DNA of 59,843 nt, filler included, from Sphacelaria rigidula (GCA_964200075.2; 7 parts of 7 records of this genome joined end to end with filler, not necessarily neighbours in it), one strand, 5' to 3'; counted from the first letter of the whole stretch, positions 34,255-48,069 are shown. Notes: generated from the sequence alone by a model not told the origin. Numbers and translations: made by a program.

Positions 34255-37200
34255 TCAGTCAATAATAAATATCTTCATTTCTTCAGTCAAATTCTCTGAT
34301 GGATCAAACCGTGGCCCGAGTGTAATCCTCCGCGGTAGGCTACTCAGTCTACAAAGCACACGCAGCACAGCACCGCTGCAGCTGCAGGACGCTTTACTCT
34401 CTCATGCGCCATATCTCGAGATAGATAACGAATGAGGTGTAGGTGAGGGTATTTATCGTTTTTCTGTGCTCCAGTTACTAGTTACTGTCCACACCAAGAA
34501 TCGTCATTATCCGCGGTATATATCGTGCGGGATTTCACATAAACTTTGGTATGGACGCCATCTCCGTACGGTATAGGAATTACTAGACATGGGGTGTGGT
34601 CAACGAGAAAAAAAATCCCCAGATGTTTGAGTAAATGAGCACCTTCCCCTTGGTAAGACAATTAATACGATATGCGAATCACTTCTCAACTCGCCGGTAT
34701 TGATGAGATATTGCTTTCAGAGCTGAAACCCGTTTCTAGGCTGTACCAGCCTGGATTTTCTGAGTGTCATTATGTCGCTCGGTATGCAAATGTATGCATG
34801 TACAGGATATGGTCCAAGAAATAGGTGTTATGTTCTATGCAATCAGTCCCAATGCATCGCCGATCCTCTTGCGTACAGCTACTTCCATCTACGATGAGTT
34901 GTTTCGACGGTACAACGACCTTTTTTTGTCATCATCACGGCTGAGATCGTGGTGCATCCGTGGATATCTCGACAACAAACTGTATGAACCAATCAATGAA
35001 CCAGCGTGCATTTTTCTCATGCCGTGCCACTTCAACTTTTTGTGGTGTATTTTCAACGATCGCAGGTGACGCTACAGTACGACTCACTGGAAGAAATCGT
35101 GGCAGGAAACGCCTACTACGGCTCCACCGTGGGGCGCGTCTGCAATCGCATTTCGGGGGCGTCATTTTCCAGTTGAGTGTTTGTTCCAGGTACAAACCGT
35201 CATCCTCCGATTATTTTCATTTCTTCTGCGGAAGTTGTTTGCCAATCCTGCGGCGCCCCAGTGTTCTGACCGTTCACCAGCAGCCAGAGGGGGTCGAAGG
35301 TCGAGTGAGAGGTTGTATATCGAAATAATTGTGCACTTCTTTAACGAACCTGACTTCGATAATTGAAAACATGAGGACGCTACTAGCTGGGCCAGGTTAA
35401 AAGCGGCTGAAAGTTGCTCACACCACAGTTTTCCCAGTTTCCCGAATTCACCCGATGTAAGCATATCACTGTGAGCTGCAGATCCACCTGATGACAAAGG
35501 ACTGCGTCGCTGTTCAATTGGCGTCGTATTGCCGACGACGTTCTTGTACTGCATAGAGTACGGGGTGTGTCTCATATCGTTGGGCGATAGCGTGTGAGAG
35601 TGTCATTGTTTTTTCACGCGGTGGGTTCGCGTCAGCAATCACTCCGCACGGGGTATTAGTGAGGTGCAGCAGTGTCACGCAAGACGTTGCACTCACGGCC
35701 CAATTCGACGACTCTTGAGCTGAAATTTCACGAAAACCTTCTGCACCCAAGGAAATTATATATATGTCCCGCGAGCAGCTGCAGATTCTCATATTTTTTC
35801 TGGACCTATAACATTATCTTGTTTTTGCTGAAAATTCAAACCATCATAACTTCCTTTTTTTCTTGTTCTTCTTTGCTGCTCACGTGATATTCTGCACGTC
35901 GGTCATAACACGCTGCTGTCAAAACGAGCCGTGCATCGCCTGAGCGAGGAAACCACCCATTGTTAGCTGGCCCCAGCTCGCAGCAGAGTACATTACCGAG
36001 AGTCGACGGCATGCGGCGCACTCTGACGTCTGAATATCCCAGGGAGGTACATGCACCGAGAGAGAGAGAGATGGTTCGATTGGTATCTTGAGACTACGGA
36101 GCCGGGCAGAGGGGAGGGTCGAAAATAAAAACAAAAAAGGAGCAAACGTTTTGATTTGGGATTTTACAATATCTTGAATGGCGTTTCCACTGTTGCATTT
36201 CAGCCAGACTTTGAATTACACGTTGTCTATTTTTCGTGCCGTTAAACCTCCTCGCATTTTTCGAAGATCAGTCCTAAGGGTTAAGGGATCCATTAAAACA
36301 ACTCCCCCCTACTACCGTATCTGCTTGATTGGTTTGTTTTGGCTTGGTTCGGTCTGATTCGATTTGAATGATCGTCGCGCAAAACCTGATCCGCTACGCG
36401 TACGAACCCAGCCGCTCTTTGTCAATCACAAGATGGAGTTACCCACAATCAAAACACCGAGGTGCTGGATCAAGATGACGCGCGTTGCACTCACTCTTTT
36501 ATCGTTGAGTACAGCGCAGCCGGTCAGCGTTTGTCCAATTGTCTCGCCACTCCTCGCTCCGGCGCTTCCGAGACCTCATTGTCGGGCTTCGAGCCCACAG
36601 TGCCCTCCTAGAATACCACACACAGCACTGTTGGCGTGCCAGTTTGACCACCGAGCCCCGACGCTCGTAAACGAGTACTTCCATGTCAGTGCAACACCGA
36701 CTGCAGTCGTATTTCGGAGGGGTCCTTCTCGACGGCGTTGAGAATCGTGAGTCTTGACCATTTCATGCTTGAGTGGCCCAGTGGGCTCCTGTGGGTTCTC
36801 ATGAACGTCAGCCGCGTTTCGGCGAGGGATATGATGGAGCTCATCCGGTGACTGTCCAACACTATTTTGTTGGTTCCGGTAAGGTGTGTTTCCAAGTGTT
36901 CGGTCAGTCTGTACGTTTCAACTTTAGCTCGAACCCTAGATTGATTGCGGAGTATATTTCCCAGGGTCACATAAATACCAACCTCTACCATTATTCTTAT
37001 TGCGTACTATGAAACATCTATCTTCCTCGAGACAACAACGTACGGAACGAAATACCTAGCCCATCTCTCCTCTGGTGCTGTACCTGTATTGCCGCCTGAC
37101 ATTTTAGTACCGCCTGTTGGATCACTACTCCCGCATCAAGTCGCCTCTAGCTGACGTTTCATTTCTGCTCAAGTCCTCAAGATTTCAATGATGAAACCGA

Positions 37201-38094
37201 GGTGATGCTCGAAAAAAGGCTCTATCCTGCGTGGATCTCGAAGCCGCAGCCCTCTGCCTGACGAGGCCCTTGTGAACCAAGTAGACACCACCGGGGCGTG
37301 GCGGATACCAATACCTGAAATTCCCGGTTTATCCCAAGATCTTGCTCCCAAACTTGATTCGGTCGATTGGTCGCGGCACACTTCTGTAGCTTATCCCTTA
37401 CTCACCCCGCTGCAGTTTGGTCTTCTTTCAATGCTACCGGTAACATCCCCCGCAGCCTTCGGTACAGTCGTACGTGGAAGAAGTCATTTTCCACTGTCCG
37501 CAGTGTACTTGCGTCCCCTCGGTTGACGTATCTGCCCTTTCCCTTCCTCTCTTCTCCGTGAAAAAACTGGGTTCCATGATAAGGGTCATCCAGACGCGAC
37601 TGCGGTATCAACGTTTCATCTGACGCCTCAACGATACCACCTTAATATTTGTCTTTTAAAGCTTGCAACGGGGTTTGTAAGAAATATTTGGGCACGCATT
37701 TAGACTACTTGCCTCCCATACGAGGTATTCCGTTGCCTCTCCCCTGTGTATCGGAAGGTCTTTGGTACAAGAGGAGTGCCGGAAAACTCTGGTGTGGGGT
37801 GTGGGTAGTATCTTAGTTCGTCTCCATCGAAAAAAACATTCACTGCTTCTATTAATTGTCGCACATGAAGTGATCAGCGACGACCCAACCGTGGTCCGCC
37901 ACGAGATAACATGCATGTGGCAAGGGTAATTTCAACGAAACCAGTGCAGCTTGCAAGCTTGAAAACGGAGAAAGGGAAAAGAAAGGAGAGAATGGACAGA
38001 TTAGACGGCGCAAGCTGAGGAAACGAAGAGGCAACAGGCGGGAAGAGAAGATCAACATGAGGGAATGAGTAGGTGATACCACACTCGGTACGAC

Positions 38095-38436
38095 GTGTGT
38101 GTTGTCATCCCATCTATTTCGAAGGCCGATCTACAGTATATGTGGGTGCACCAGTCGGGGTCACACAGGAGGAAGGCCAATACAGGATTTTGTTTTAGTT
38201 ATCCACCTTCCTTCTGCGGTGCTTGCCTTTATTTTTTATCGCGAGAAGAGTCCAGCAGCCCCCTTCCCTCGTCGACCGTAAAGTCGAATTTTGTGTACCC
38301 ACGATATAGTCGCTCCACACTGTCGGGGATTGTGTGAGAAAAAATCCCAGATCTTGCGTCTGCTCCCACATGAGAACACACGACCCAACCGTCAGAAGGT
38401 TTCAAGACTACCAACTGAGTCACCGTGGCGACCGGC
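38095..38436 (-). mobile_element. Putative tRNA-derived SINE, full-length copy
   Basis: Minus strand GCCGGTCGCCACGGTGACTCAGTTGGTAG (A box)...CTTCTGA; same body and ACAACACAC tail as 6942-7302. Confidence 0.75.
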
Positions 38437-38733
38437 TTCACACACGGAAAATGAAAAACGTGTCTACAAGGAAGATCGATAGAGTAGGAGCCGACAATTT
38501 TGCATTATATTAACTCAACCGGGCGAGAATACGCAAAACCTGTACGCACAGAGTCTAACCGAGAGGAAGTCCAATTTGTCGCAATATTTCGATGCACCCC
38601 ACCAGTCTCTAGGCTATGTAGACTGCCTCAGGTAGCACGAATACCCTCCCGGCCCCCTTCGCACCCCCCTCGTGTTCCTTCCTGGCTTCGTCCGGCTGAC
38701 CTCTATTATTGCTTGTTTTGCTAACGTTTTCAG

Positions 38734-38810
38734 TCGGAGACGAGACGTTCACCATGGCAAAAAACAACGGCCCCAACTGCCTGCATGGTGGAGTGCGGGG
38801 ATTTGACAAG
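38734..38810 (+). CDS. galM: Single internal exon of aldose 1-epimerase (galactose mutarotase)
   Basis: GCTAAC branch, TTTTCAG acceptor, donor AAG|GTATGC; encodes GDETFTMAKNNGPNCLHGGVRGFDK, the NNGPNxLHGGxxGFDK signature with the catalytic-region His. Confidence 0.88.
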
Positions 38811-41461
38811 GTATGCTTATTTTCTCTTCTCTTTTCTTATTGGTGTTACCTTCCCTCCATCCCCCTTTTCCCCCATTTTTTTTTTCAATTTCTTCTTCAT
38901 TTTCTGGTTCAGTTTCTTATTCATTATTTTTTCTCGCTGTGTTCTCCCTCTCGCTCCCTCTCTCTCTCTCTTGATGTGGTTGATTGTTCCCCGCCCCACC
39001 TGCTCGTTCGTCCTCTCTTTCCTTTGTCATCCCCCTTCTCCCGAGTCCCTTCTGCGAGCTCCTGGGTATATACCTTGGGTACTTCCATTTTTGTGAGTGT
39101 GGTGAGATCCGCAGCGGATGAGTTGATTCACAACAGTGAACGGGCCGATCGATCAATCGCTTTCCCTCGTCGTGGTCTTTACGGAACTCCGCCGTGCCTA
39201 TGCACGTCTCCAGAGCACATACAGCAATACCAGAGCATTCGATCGTGCAGACTGCCTATTCCAGTACATGACATGATATTTATCGATGTTGACTTCCTCG
39301 TTGAGACGCGTCTTCCTTTTTCTTGTGTAAGCTTTTTATTTGTGTATCCGCTAAAGATACTCCGAGCCGCCGTGCTCCGGTGGTCAGTCTCGCACGCCAT
39401 GGGCCTGTTCGGGCGAAGAAGTTCGAATCCATACAGAAAGGGCTTATTTTGCGGGTCCCCCGTCGAGAGAAGCGCGCGAAAATGACGCGACAGAAACGTT
39501 CGACAGACGTCGATGAAATGCGAAAGTGATTGCCACATTCTCGATCACATATTGCAAGGCAGGTATCGGGGGAGAGGCGGGTTGATCCCTTGAGACTGCG
39601 GACTCATTCGGAGGAGAGCGGGGAGGGATATCTCGCTCCACGAACGAACGAAGAAGCAAGCATGCAACTATGTAGAAGCACGCAAATAAGCGAATGCTTA
39701 GACGTACATGTATGTATATGTATGTGCGTGTTCACATCATATTCGGCGGGCTATGTGCTTCACTCTTCTGCGGCACTACTACTTAAGTATTGCAGCACGG
39801 GCGATCGTGTTCCTCTGTGCGGGCTAATCTTGCAGTACGCGCTAGCGCCTGTGAACAGGGCGGCTAGTTTTTCAGAGACTTGTGATAGTTTACTCCTTCT
39901 GTAGCGCGGTATCCACGTACCGTTGCATATCGAATCCCTGCACCCCAGTGGTTTAATGGTCCAGCATTAGGTCGGGAAAACGTAGGTTCGATATCCGCCA
40001 GACGCGTCTAGTTCGGCCTCTTTCTCAAGATTATCTGACTGCCGTGGCTGAAAATATCACGACGTGAGGAGCAAGAAGACGCTGTTTGACTGAGCTTGTC
40101 AGAGGATAGTCGACGCCGTCCGTTAGAACTGATCCAATTCGCGATATCACAATGTGAAGAATGTGTCGCAGGAGATATTCGAAACGGAGGGATCGAAGGG
40201 TTGAAAATGAACCGAAAAATGGCTTCTCGGTCGCGTTCTCCATTATGTACATCTTCATATTTCATATCCTGTTGTGCGGGCTTAATGTGTACCAAAGTGT
40301 ATACTTCCTGATAATGCACGATGTACCCGTCCGTGCTGTCTGCGCGCACGTATGTCCACTATGCATTTTAAAAGTGCTTGCCATTGATGACCTCACTAGC
40401 GGGGCTTCTCTACTGTCTGCTATTCCATCACGATGCAGTACCGTCTGTCAAGTGGTTTTTGCTTTCAAGACTACTTTGGGGCTTTGGTGTACATGGCTCT
40501 CCATTGTTGGCACTTATTTCGCCCCATTCTGTCGGCGTACGGGTTATCTGATAGGACAAACTCGGTAGAAGCTGAACCTCCGCACGCAAGAGTAGGACTT
40601 CGTTTGGCGGCCGGACCACACGTCGCACATGTCGTACGTCTCGACGAGTGTAACGTGCGGTGAAATTGATTTTAGCGACATCGTCCATTTCTCGTGAGTT
40701 TGGTCCAAACGAATTTGAAAGTTTTTCGATCGAAGCAAAGACAGTGAAATCGTTACGCGGCACTTGCTCGCTTGTCTAAAGTACAGTACTGTACTGTCTG
40801 CGCTGTATGCATGCACTGTGCTTGACTGTGTGCGTATTTCGTACCGTAGGATGGGAAAGAGGAGGGGGCAACGTGCAGTGCAGACATCGCAGGACTCTCT
40901 GTACTCTCTGCCCACAGTGCGAAATGAAGAGGATTTGAAAAACGTGCAGCTTTGTACTGCCTGCACTGTCCGCGAGTGTACGCAAGTCGGTTGTCTACCC
41001 TAACACGCGGTTCCGTCGCCGATGCCCAACATGAAAGAAGATGCTCAACGCTTCGCCAACAAAAAATAAACACATCATGCCCAACTACTGCAGTGTATCT
41101 ACCCCCTTGCCCAACTCGTGCTCTATGCTGCAGGGTTGCGATGGCAGCTGAGAGTGAGTTGTGTGGGGTCTTTATGGTTGTTTGAATTGGTGGTATATGG
41201 TGTGGTAGTCTGCAAGATAAGATAGTTAGGTGCCCCTTCGTACCTTTCCTCTTCGTGTTTTCGATCAAAGGGTATGATACCCCTACCTACTTACTTCCTA
41301 TGATATGTAGGAACGTCAAACCCCTTGCTTTCGATCGAAAAAGCCAAGGGCAGGTCGATTAGGGTACGTACTTTTGAAAACTCTGGTAAAATACCCGGGC
41401 ATTTACTCTACCGAAGGTTTGGGTAGATTGAATACGGCCTCAAACACTCCACCGAAGTTTT

Positions 41462-42017
41462 CAAGGTTGTGTTCTGCAGGGTACGGGTATGTTCTGTAGG
41501 GTATGGGATTCCTTACGGAACGTACAGGGATATTGGGTACCGGTATGAAAGTCTTGCAGAAACTACAGAAATATTGGATACCGGTTTGAAAGTCTTACAG
41601 AAATCACAGAACTTGTCGGGTACGGAACGGGAGGCTCACAGAAAACCGTACTCGCAATCGAGTATTTCTTCAAGGGTATACCCGCGCTCCGGGTACGGGC
41701 ATACATTATGTAAATAACTTACATAACTGTCGGGAAAGGGCATGGGAGGCGTACAAACTCACAGAAATTGTCGGGCAGGGTATGCTAGCTGCACAGAAAA
41801 CCGTACCCGCAACCGGGTATGTTGTCAAAAGCATACCCGTGTCCCCGGTAACGGTACGGGAGGCATACAGACTTCACAGAACTATCGGGTAAGAGCGTAA
41901 AGGTCTTACAGACTTTACAGAACTGCCGGGTACCGGTATGCAAGTGGCGGGTACGGTAAATACCCGGGAAAATACTCCGGGTATACAGAAAACCGTACCG
42001 TACAGAACACAACCTTG
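41462..42017. mobile_element. MITE with CAAGGTTGTGTTCTG TIRs, inserted into an about 40-bp tandem array
   Basis: Perfect 15-bp TIRs CAAGGTTGTGTTCTG / CAGAACACAACCTTG; internal ACAGAA..TGTCGGGTA repeats; unit TACTCTACC...TTTGGGTAGATTGA.TAC..CCTCAAA on both flanks. Confidence 0.85.
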
Positions 42018-42442
42018 TAGATTTTGGGTAGATTGAGTACAATTTCAAATACTCTACTCAATATTGGGTACGTACCCTCAGCAATACCAGAGTATTGAGC
42101 ATCACTTGAGTATGTCCTCAATGATCTGCCCAAATTTTGAGTAGATCCAGTACGACCTCAAATACTTTACCCGAATTTCGTCCATCGGTGCAAAGTCTTC
42201 GCTAGCCAAGTTGTGCATTGCCAATCCTCATTTTTAGACAAAGCGTCTTCTGCTCAAGCTAGAAGCGCAGCCCCCATCAAAGTTCCAGATACCAGTGTCC
42301 ACACTAAAACCAAGTCGGGACAACTTCACCCCAAGTGGTGAGAGGTTAGTTCACCACTTGGTGGGTATGGAAATTTCTCGGAACTTTATGATTTCGAATA
42401 AGCCTAACAGTAACGTTGCCCTCACCCCAACTACTGTGTAGA

Positions 42443-42717
42443 GTGTGTGTTGTGTGTGTTGTCGTCCCATCTATTCTGGACTCCGGTCAACACTTTTCGG
42501 TATATGTGGGCGCACCAGCCGGGGTCACACAGGAGGAGTTTTTTTCTTTTTTGTTGGTTTTTTGTAATCCACCTTCCTTCTGCGCTGCTTACCTTTATTG
42601 TTTGTCGCGAGAGGAGTTCAGCAGTCCCTTTCTCTCGTCGACCGTTAAGTCGAATGTTGTGTACCCACGACATGGTCGCTCTCCACTGTTGAGCATGGTG
42701 TGAGAAAAAATCTCAGA
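42443..42717 (-). mobile_element. SINE copy cut by the contig end
   Basis: Same body as 6942-7302 and 38095-38436. Confidence 0.75.
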
Positions 42718-42817
42718 NNNNNNNNNNNNNNNNNNNNNNNNNNNNNNNNNNNNNNNNNNNNTTAATTAATTAANNNNNNNNNNNNNNNNNNNNNNNNNNN
42801 NNNNNNNNNNNNNNNNN
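42718..42817. other. Artificial contig linker
   Basis: N44-TTAATTAATTAA-N44. Confidence 0.98.
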
Positions 42818-44775
42818 GGCGTAGTGGAGGCAAGCGGTCTACCAGAGCTCGTAGCTTAGCAGGGGGGGTGGGGGGGAGTACAAGTATATAGCGACGATGT
42901 AGCCAGCCTTGTGACAACAAATGCATGGTCACCCAGCACCGGCAAAATCCTTCCACAACCGCATCCGAGATGTCTGAGACGAGGAGGATGCTACACAGGG
43001 CCTAATATACACAATGAAGACCCAAGAAAAAGCACGCATTGACACGAATTTTCCCTCACTCGAAGTCGGAGGTGCCTCCGTTAGATACTTCAAGTGCCAG
43101 AAACACGTATCTCGTCATTGCCAGCGAGCGGCAGAGCAGGACCACACGCCCATCCGTCATCTATAACCAACCATAACGGAAAAGGAGAGAAGAACAGATT
43201 ACAAATTCACAGATCTCGGAATCAGGTAAGGGACGGAAACTTGACTTTTTCAAAAACGCCGTGCGACGACGGGGAACGAACGCTGTGTACGTCATACACC
43301 CGTTAAGCGCGAACCACGTGGGTTCGTGGCTGGAGCAACTCGGGCGAGCTTATCTTCATCGTACCCCTACGTGGTCGAACGAGCACGCGCCCGTATCTTT
43401 GACCAAAACCACGTACACGACGATCAACGCGCCGAAACACACACGCACAAGGGCTGGGCGTGCCGTAGGTCCTCACGCTCGGGATGAAAACGAAGTAAAA
43501 TCTAGGGTCGGAGCCTCCAACGACCAAAAACCTGAAATTTGGCCTGCAACAAGGACGAAACTGTCGGGAAAACCGGAGGGAAAGTATCCGTTGACCTCCG
43601 TTCACTGTCCAACACGCGATCCAAACGTTGTTTCAGGAGACGCGATCACGCCCAAGGACTGAAACCCTTGACCCGCGAAGGATGTCGACGTGAGCCCGTA
43701 CCATGTCGTGTCCTCATCAGTGATTTTCAACACCAACGCTTCCACATCCGGGGGCTTCTGTGTCAGAAGAATGTTCCCCACACTTCTCCTCCTTGTGGTG
43801 TATCTCAGCCTTGGTGTAACTTACTGTATACCCCTGACGTGAAAAGATATGACTCTTCAGCGATTTTTCATCTCATTGTTCTTCTCGCTATAATAATCGG
43901 TCGGTCAAGTTCCCCATTTACAGGCCAGCGCAGATTCGTCGCTTGTGCCATTATCTCCAAAGGATTTATTCAATGCTGAACCAAGTTTTTCCCGCAATCA
44001 ACATCATCACAAAACTCTTTCTCGCCATCAAGAGGTAGCATGATGAGTCGAATGTTTACTGCCGCAGTGATGTCAACACTTATTCGCAAAGGCTGCCTCC
44101 CGCGACCGCCTGGTAGTACCGCGATTCACAGTAGACAGGTTTGTTTGTGCCCTTGGCAGCGGCCTGAAAATGAAACGGGTAATCAAAGATCATGTGCGCA
44201 AATCGACAAGGGAAGTAACCCACGGGGATGACGGGTGAAGGAAGGGGCGGAGAGAGAGGGGGGGGGGGGAGTCAGTGAAACCTTCACGTCTGAGCAGCTC
44301 CGGAGTGATGCCACGGTAGGGGCGCACTTTTCAGTCCAGATTTTTTCCGAGGCTGCATACTAAGGCCCAGAATATTAGTCGAGAGGCTCTTGCAACAAAG
44401 AGCCTTGGAAGAAGAAAGTGCACCCCTACCGTGACATTACTTTATGTTCGAAACGCCGTCGTACTACAAGGAGACAAGTAGTACTATCTATGACTTGCGA
44501 GCCTGACAAAGAACGTTGACCGGTGTTCGCAGCTTGCATCTGCATAGCGACTGAATCACGGAAGCCTCTTGGAGTCTCAATGCAAGCGCCCGACGTAGCA
44601 ACTCAAGTGGCTCAAGTTTTGATCGGCAGCCGGCCATTCCTCGCCAGAATATACGCATCGCCAAAGTACAAAGTAATGACAAATAGGCAACCGTTACCGG
44701 CTACATAAACTTGCATGTGAGTGCACAGATGTCGGCGACGAATGGTTCGCTGCCGATGAGACCACGGCTACTTAA

Positions 44776-44875
44776 CCCTTGGACCGCGATGCGGGTCGCC
44801 CATCTGGGTCACAATACGTTTTTCAAGTGAAATCGATGGCGATTCAGCAGATTGCCTACTGTCGCAGTCAAGGGG
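44776..44875. mobile_element. 100-bp piggyBac-type MITE
   Basis: TTAA on both sides (44772-44775, 44876-44879); CCC...GGG ends with imperfect 14-bp TIRs CCCTTGGACCGCGA / CCCCTTGACTGCGA. Confidence 0.65.
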
Positions 44876-45700
44876 TTAAAACCTGCACGGCGGGGCGTCT
44901 GCGTCGAGTTTTGGACGGGCTTCTCGTCATTCGACCGGCTGTTTCAGAGAATGATGCGGGAGGTTGTTGCATCCTGCTCGAAAAGACCCGTTGATTGAGT
45001 CAGGGCCGCACTTCAACCGATGTAAGGGATTTGTATCAAAATCCTCGCGAGGAACGTTTCGGATTTGTTTTTCGGGCGTGAACGCCCATTTATGCACCCG
45101 GCGTACTGTCGACAATGATGCGCATATTTTGCCCCCACGCGAGACACATGAGGGAACGTTACCCTGGCCCCGCTCTGATTCGAAGCCCAAATATTTCGAA
45201 ATAAAGTACGCGTACATGCAAACAGCCTATATTCATGAGCGGGGCCGTGTTGACATTCCAACTCTTGGGGTGAACGGTCGCAAAATAATGACCGTGCATT
45301 CATGTACACCATGTGTATTTTCCGACGCGCCTGCTGACAAAATCCCGAGGATGTACGTCTTGAATACCGTCATTGCCTATTTCTGTCCTGGTGATCGTCA
45401 TACTTCTTCTGGATACATGGGAGACCTTCCACACCTCGTCCACACCCTCGTCAGTCTTTCCATTACACAACCCAGTCTTGACAATCCAGGGTGACCCGTC
45501 CGGTTTCTACGCACGACACGTATCAAACATCCCTCATCACACGTCCCGCGGCAGTCCACCGCGGAAGAAGCCAAGGGTACCCTTTCACATAGTACAACGT
45601 AATCAGATGCGGCCTCAACCCTGGAATCTCATCCGTCCCACGCAGGGCTATTGCAGGCTTGATGAGCCGTGCCACAGGGCAACTATGACATACCACGCAC

Positions 45701-45796
45701 CTTTTTGGCCGCTTCGTTGGCGACATCGTCATCATTCTTGAGGGTCTCGAGGTACGTGTCACTGAGCATCGCATAAGGGTCTTCGGGTACAACCAC
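45701..45796 (-). CDS. Possible internal exon of an unknown gene
   Basis: AAG acceptor, 32 open codons VVVPEDPYAMLSDTYLETLKNDDDVANEAAKK, donor AAG|GTGCGT. Confidence 0.4.
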
Positions 45797-46064
45797 CTTG
45801 AACCCCCCCACGGTGAGGAGTAAGCCTACGCCAAGCCCACCGATTATCCTGCGGTTTCGGTTGTGAGGAAGAGGGGGATCCATCGTCGACACTCCTAAGC
45901 ATGTTTGTATCAACACTGACCGCAACTCATGGAGAATCATCTTGCGCGCTGTCACGAATTGAACTAGTCTCGTCTCATCGAACACTCTGTTCGCGGAATT
46001 TCTTACCCCAAGACACGGATACATGTACCATTCTTTCTGTATGGAGCCTTTTTCAGGGGGGTGA

Positions 46065-46380
46065 GGGTGGGAGGGGTAAGGAGTACTAATGATCTTGCAT
46101 CCCGTAGTCATGTGATCACTGGCCTTGCATCACTACAAAGCCGGGACGGGGCACGCCGGGTTTTCGCCGGACCAGGCTCGTAATCATCAAGCTCGAAGGG
46201 CCGTGATGCGTTCGGCGAGTCGCATCAGGAGTAATCTGCAGTCTTTCAAGGTGGCTCGGCCCGACGCGTACTGGCTATCTTATATTTGGATGACAGCCTC
46301 GAATGGGTTGCTTCATGTTGAGGTATCGCCACTTCCAAGGACAGCCACGACTTACTCTGCCTTATGGGTGTCTCACCATT
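46065..46380. repeat. About 310-bp copy of the G-run-anchored dispersed repeat
   Basis: Colinear with 9645-9960 (GTACT.ATGA...CACGCCGGGTT.TCGC.GGACCAGGCTCG...TCTCACCAT). Confidence 0.8.
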
Positions 46381-46616
46381 TAAACACTTCGTAGTATGAG
46401 CATCCCCTTTTGCGCGGAGTTGACATTCTCCACCCCGCTCAAATTAATCCAACTCGACCATCACGTGGTTACCGCGAGAAAACGGGAGCGAGGAAAACAA
46501 CACCAACGGTGACCTGGTTACCCAGCTTATGCAGTGAACGGAGCGAGGGGAATGAGGGGGAGGGGAAGAGTGTACGTTTCGGAGCGTCTTTTTTCTCGGT
46601 CGAAACTTCATGGTTC

Positions 46617-47060
46617 GGGCCGCTACTTGTAACGGACGAGAAAAAAATCTGGAAAAGTGCTTTTTTGGAGCTTAAACGTCGTTTTACGCCCTGAAAGAGA
46701 GCTAGGCGGAGTTGACACCTTGGAATGACTTGCTCTCGAGGCGTTTCGAGGACAGCTTCCCGTTCTCCGGTGGGCGCAATTTTTATTTTGGCCAAAAAGG
46801 TAATTTCGTCCAAGAACGGTAAAAAACAGTCAAATCCACGTGAAATCGCCATTTTTCTCTGGGCTCACCACTATTGGCCAAAATCAAAACTGCGGCCACC
46901 GAAAAACGGGAAGATATCCTGGAACCACCTCAACGAGTAGAGCAAGTTATTCGAAGTTGTCAGACCCCGCCTAGCTCTATTTTAGGCCTTAAAATGACGT
47001 TGAAGCTCCAAAAGGCACTTTTACAGATATTTTTTTGTTGTCTGTTATAAGGAGCGGCCC
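46617..47060. mobile_element. Foldback element with about 100-bp imperfect inverted arms
   Basis: 46617-46717 is an approximate reverse complement of 46958-47060 (GGGCCGCT...AAAAGTGC...GGAGCTT...GAGCTAGGCGG); TSD not identified. Confidence 0.75.
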
Positions 47061-48069
47061 ACTACCTGGGCAAAAAAAAAACGACGATTTTTTTCTCAAA
47101 ATGTGAGTAAAGTTTTGACCGAGAAAAGCTGACCATTTTTTTCCTTGTATTGCTCATAATTCATATTTTGACCATCTTCTGTACAGAGAAAAGACCTCAT
47201 TGGTATACACAGCGCTGCATGTTCAACACTCGGAACTCATGATGGCAACCCCGACATCTTGTGCGTGTACTCCCCAGCATATACAACGCCACACGAGACA
47301 CACGTTCAACCTGTGGTTTCTCGTGCGATATTTGCATCCGAGACTGATCCTTCGAAAGGAGGGAAAGAGGGGTGCCTGGTCGCACGAAAAAGCGGGGTCA
47401 CGAGGGTCTTACAAGACCATATGCACTGCTGGTAATGGGCTTGTCCAGGGTACACGCGGTTTCAAGTGGTTCAAAATAAGAACTTCATAGTGATGATAAG
47501 GGCATCCATAAGGATATTTCCGCTGGCAGCGACGTTTCAAGGTTGCTTGCTCGTGCAAAAATCGATTAGAATCTCCTCCTGCCCCCTCTGGTAGTATCGC
47601 GTTCGAGTAAAAACCCAGACAACCCGCGTTGAATACCAAGACAAGAGGCGAAAAACGGTTGTGACAAGGCGAAAAAAACGGCAGAAAGGCGACCGGCGCG
47701 TCTCCGCCCCTGCCCTCCAGAATCCGGGCTTGGGTGCCACACCACGATCGAAGTACAAAGATGCATTCACTCTGCTTCTGCGAGGATGTCACACCCTTGA
47801 TCCTACCGTACGTGGGCACCAACTCCGAAACATGACCTGACAGCGGCCTCAAAGGTATAATCTGGATGAATCGCGCGTCGTTACGGTCTGGGCTTTCGCC
47901 ATTTCAGCTGTAGTGTACCCTTACCTCGGAACAGCACTGCAGGTGCTTGTATCAGGCTAAAAATACTTGAAACATCATAATCCACAAGAAAACTCCTCAG
48001 GATCAGGGGGTGGAGGGAGCTATGTACGATTGTCTTGGGTAATACATATCCCACCGCATTGTTCACGTA

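Noticed and set aside
36680..37620. Coding-looking degenerate sequence, possibly a retroelement relic
   Set aside because: No diagnostic motif recognised in any frame
38709..39485. 258-aa ORF as a full-length protein
   Set aside because: Only the 77-bp galM exon is coding; the rest reads through a pyrimidine-rich intron
39940..40000. tRNA-like A box (TGGTTTAATGG) and B box (GGTTCGATATCC)
   Set aside because: No acceptor or anticodon stems can be formed; at most a decayed tRNA or SINE head
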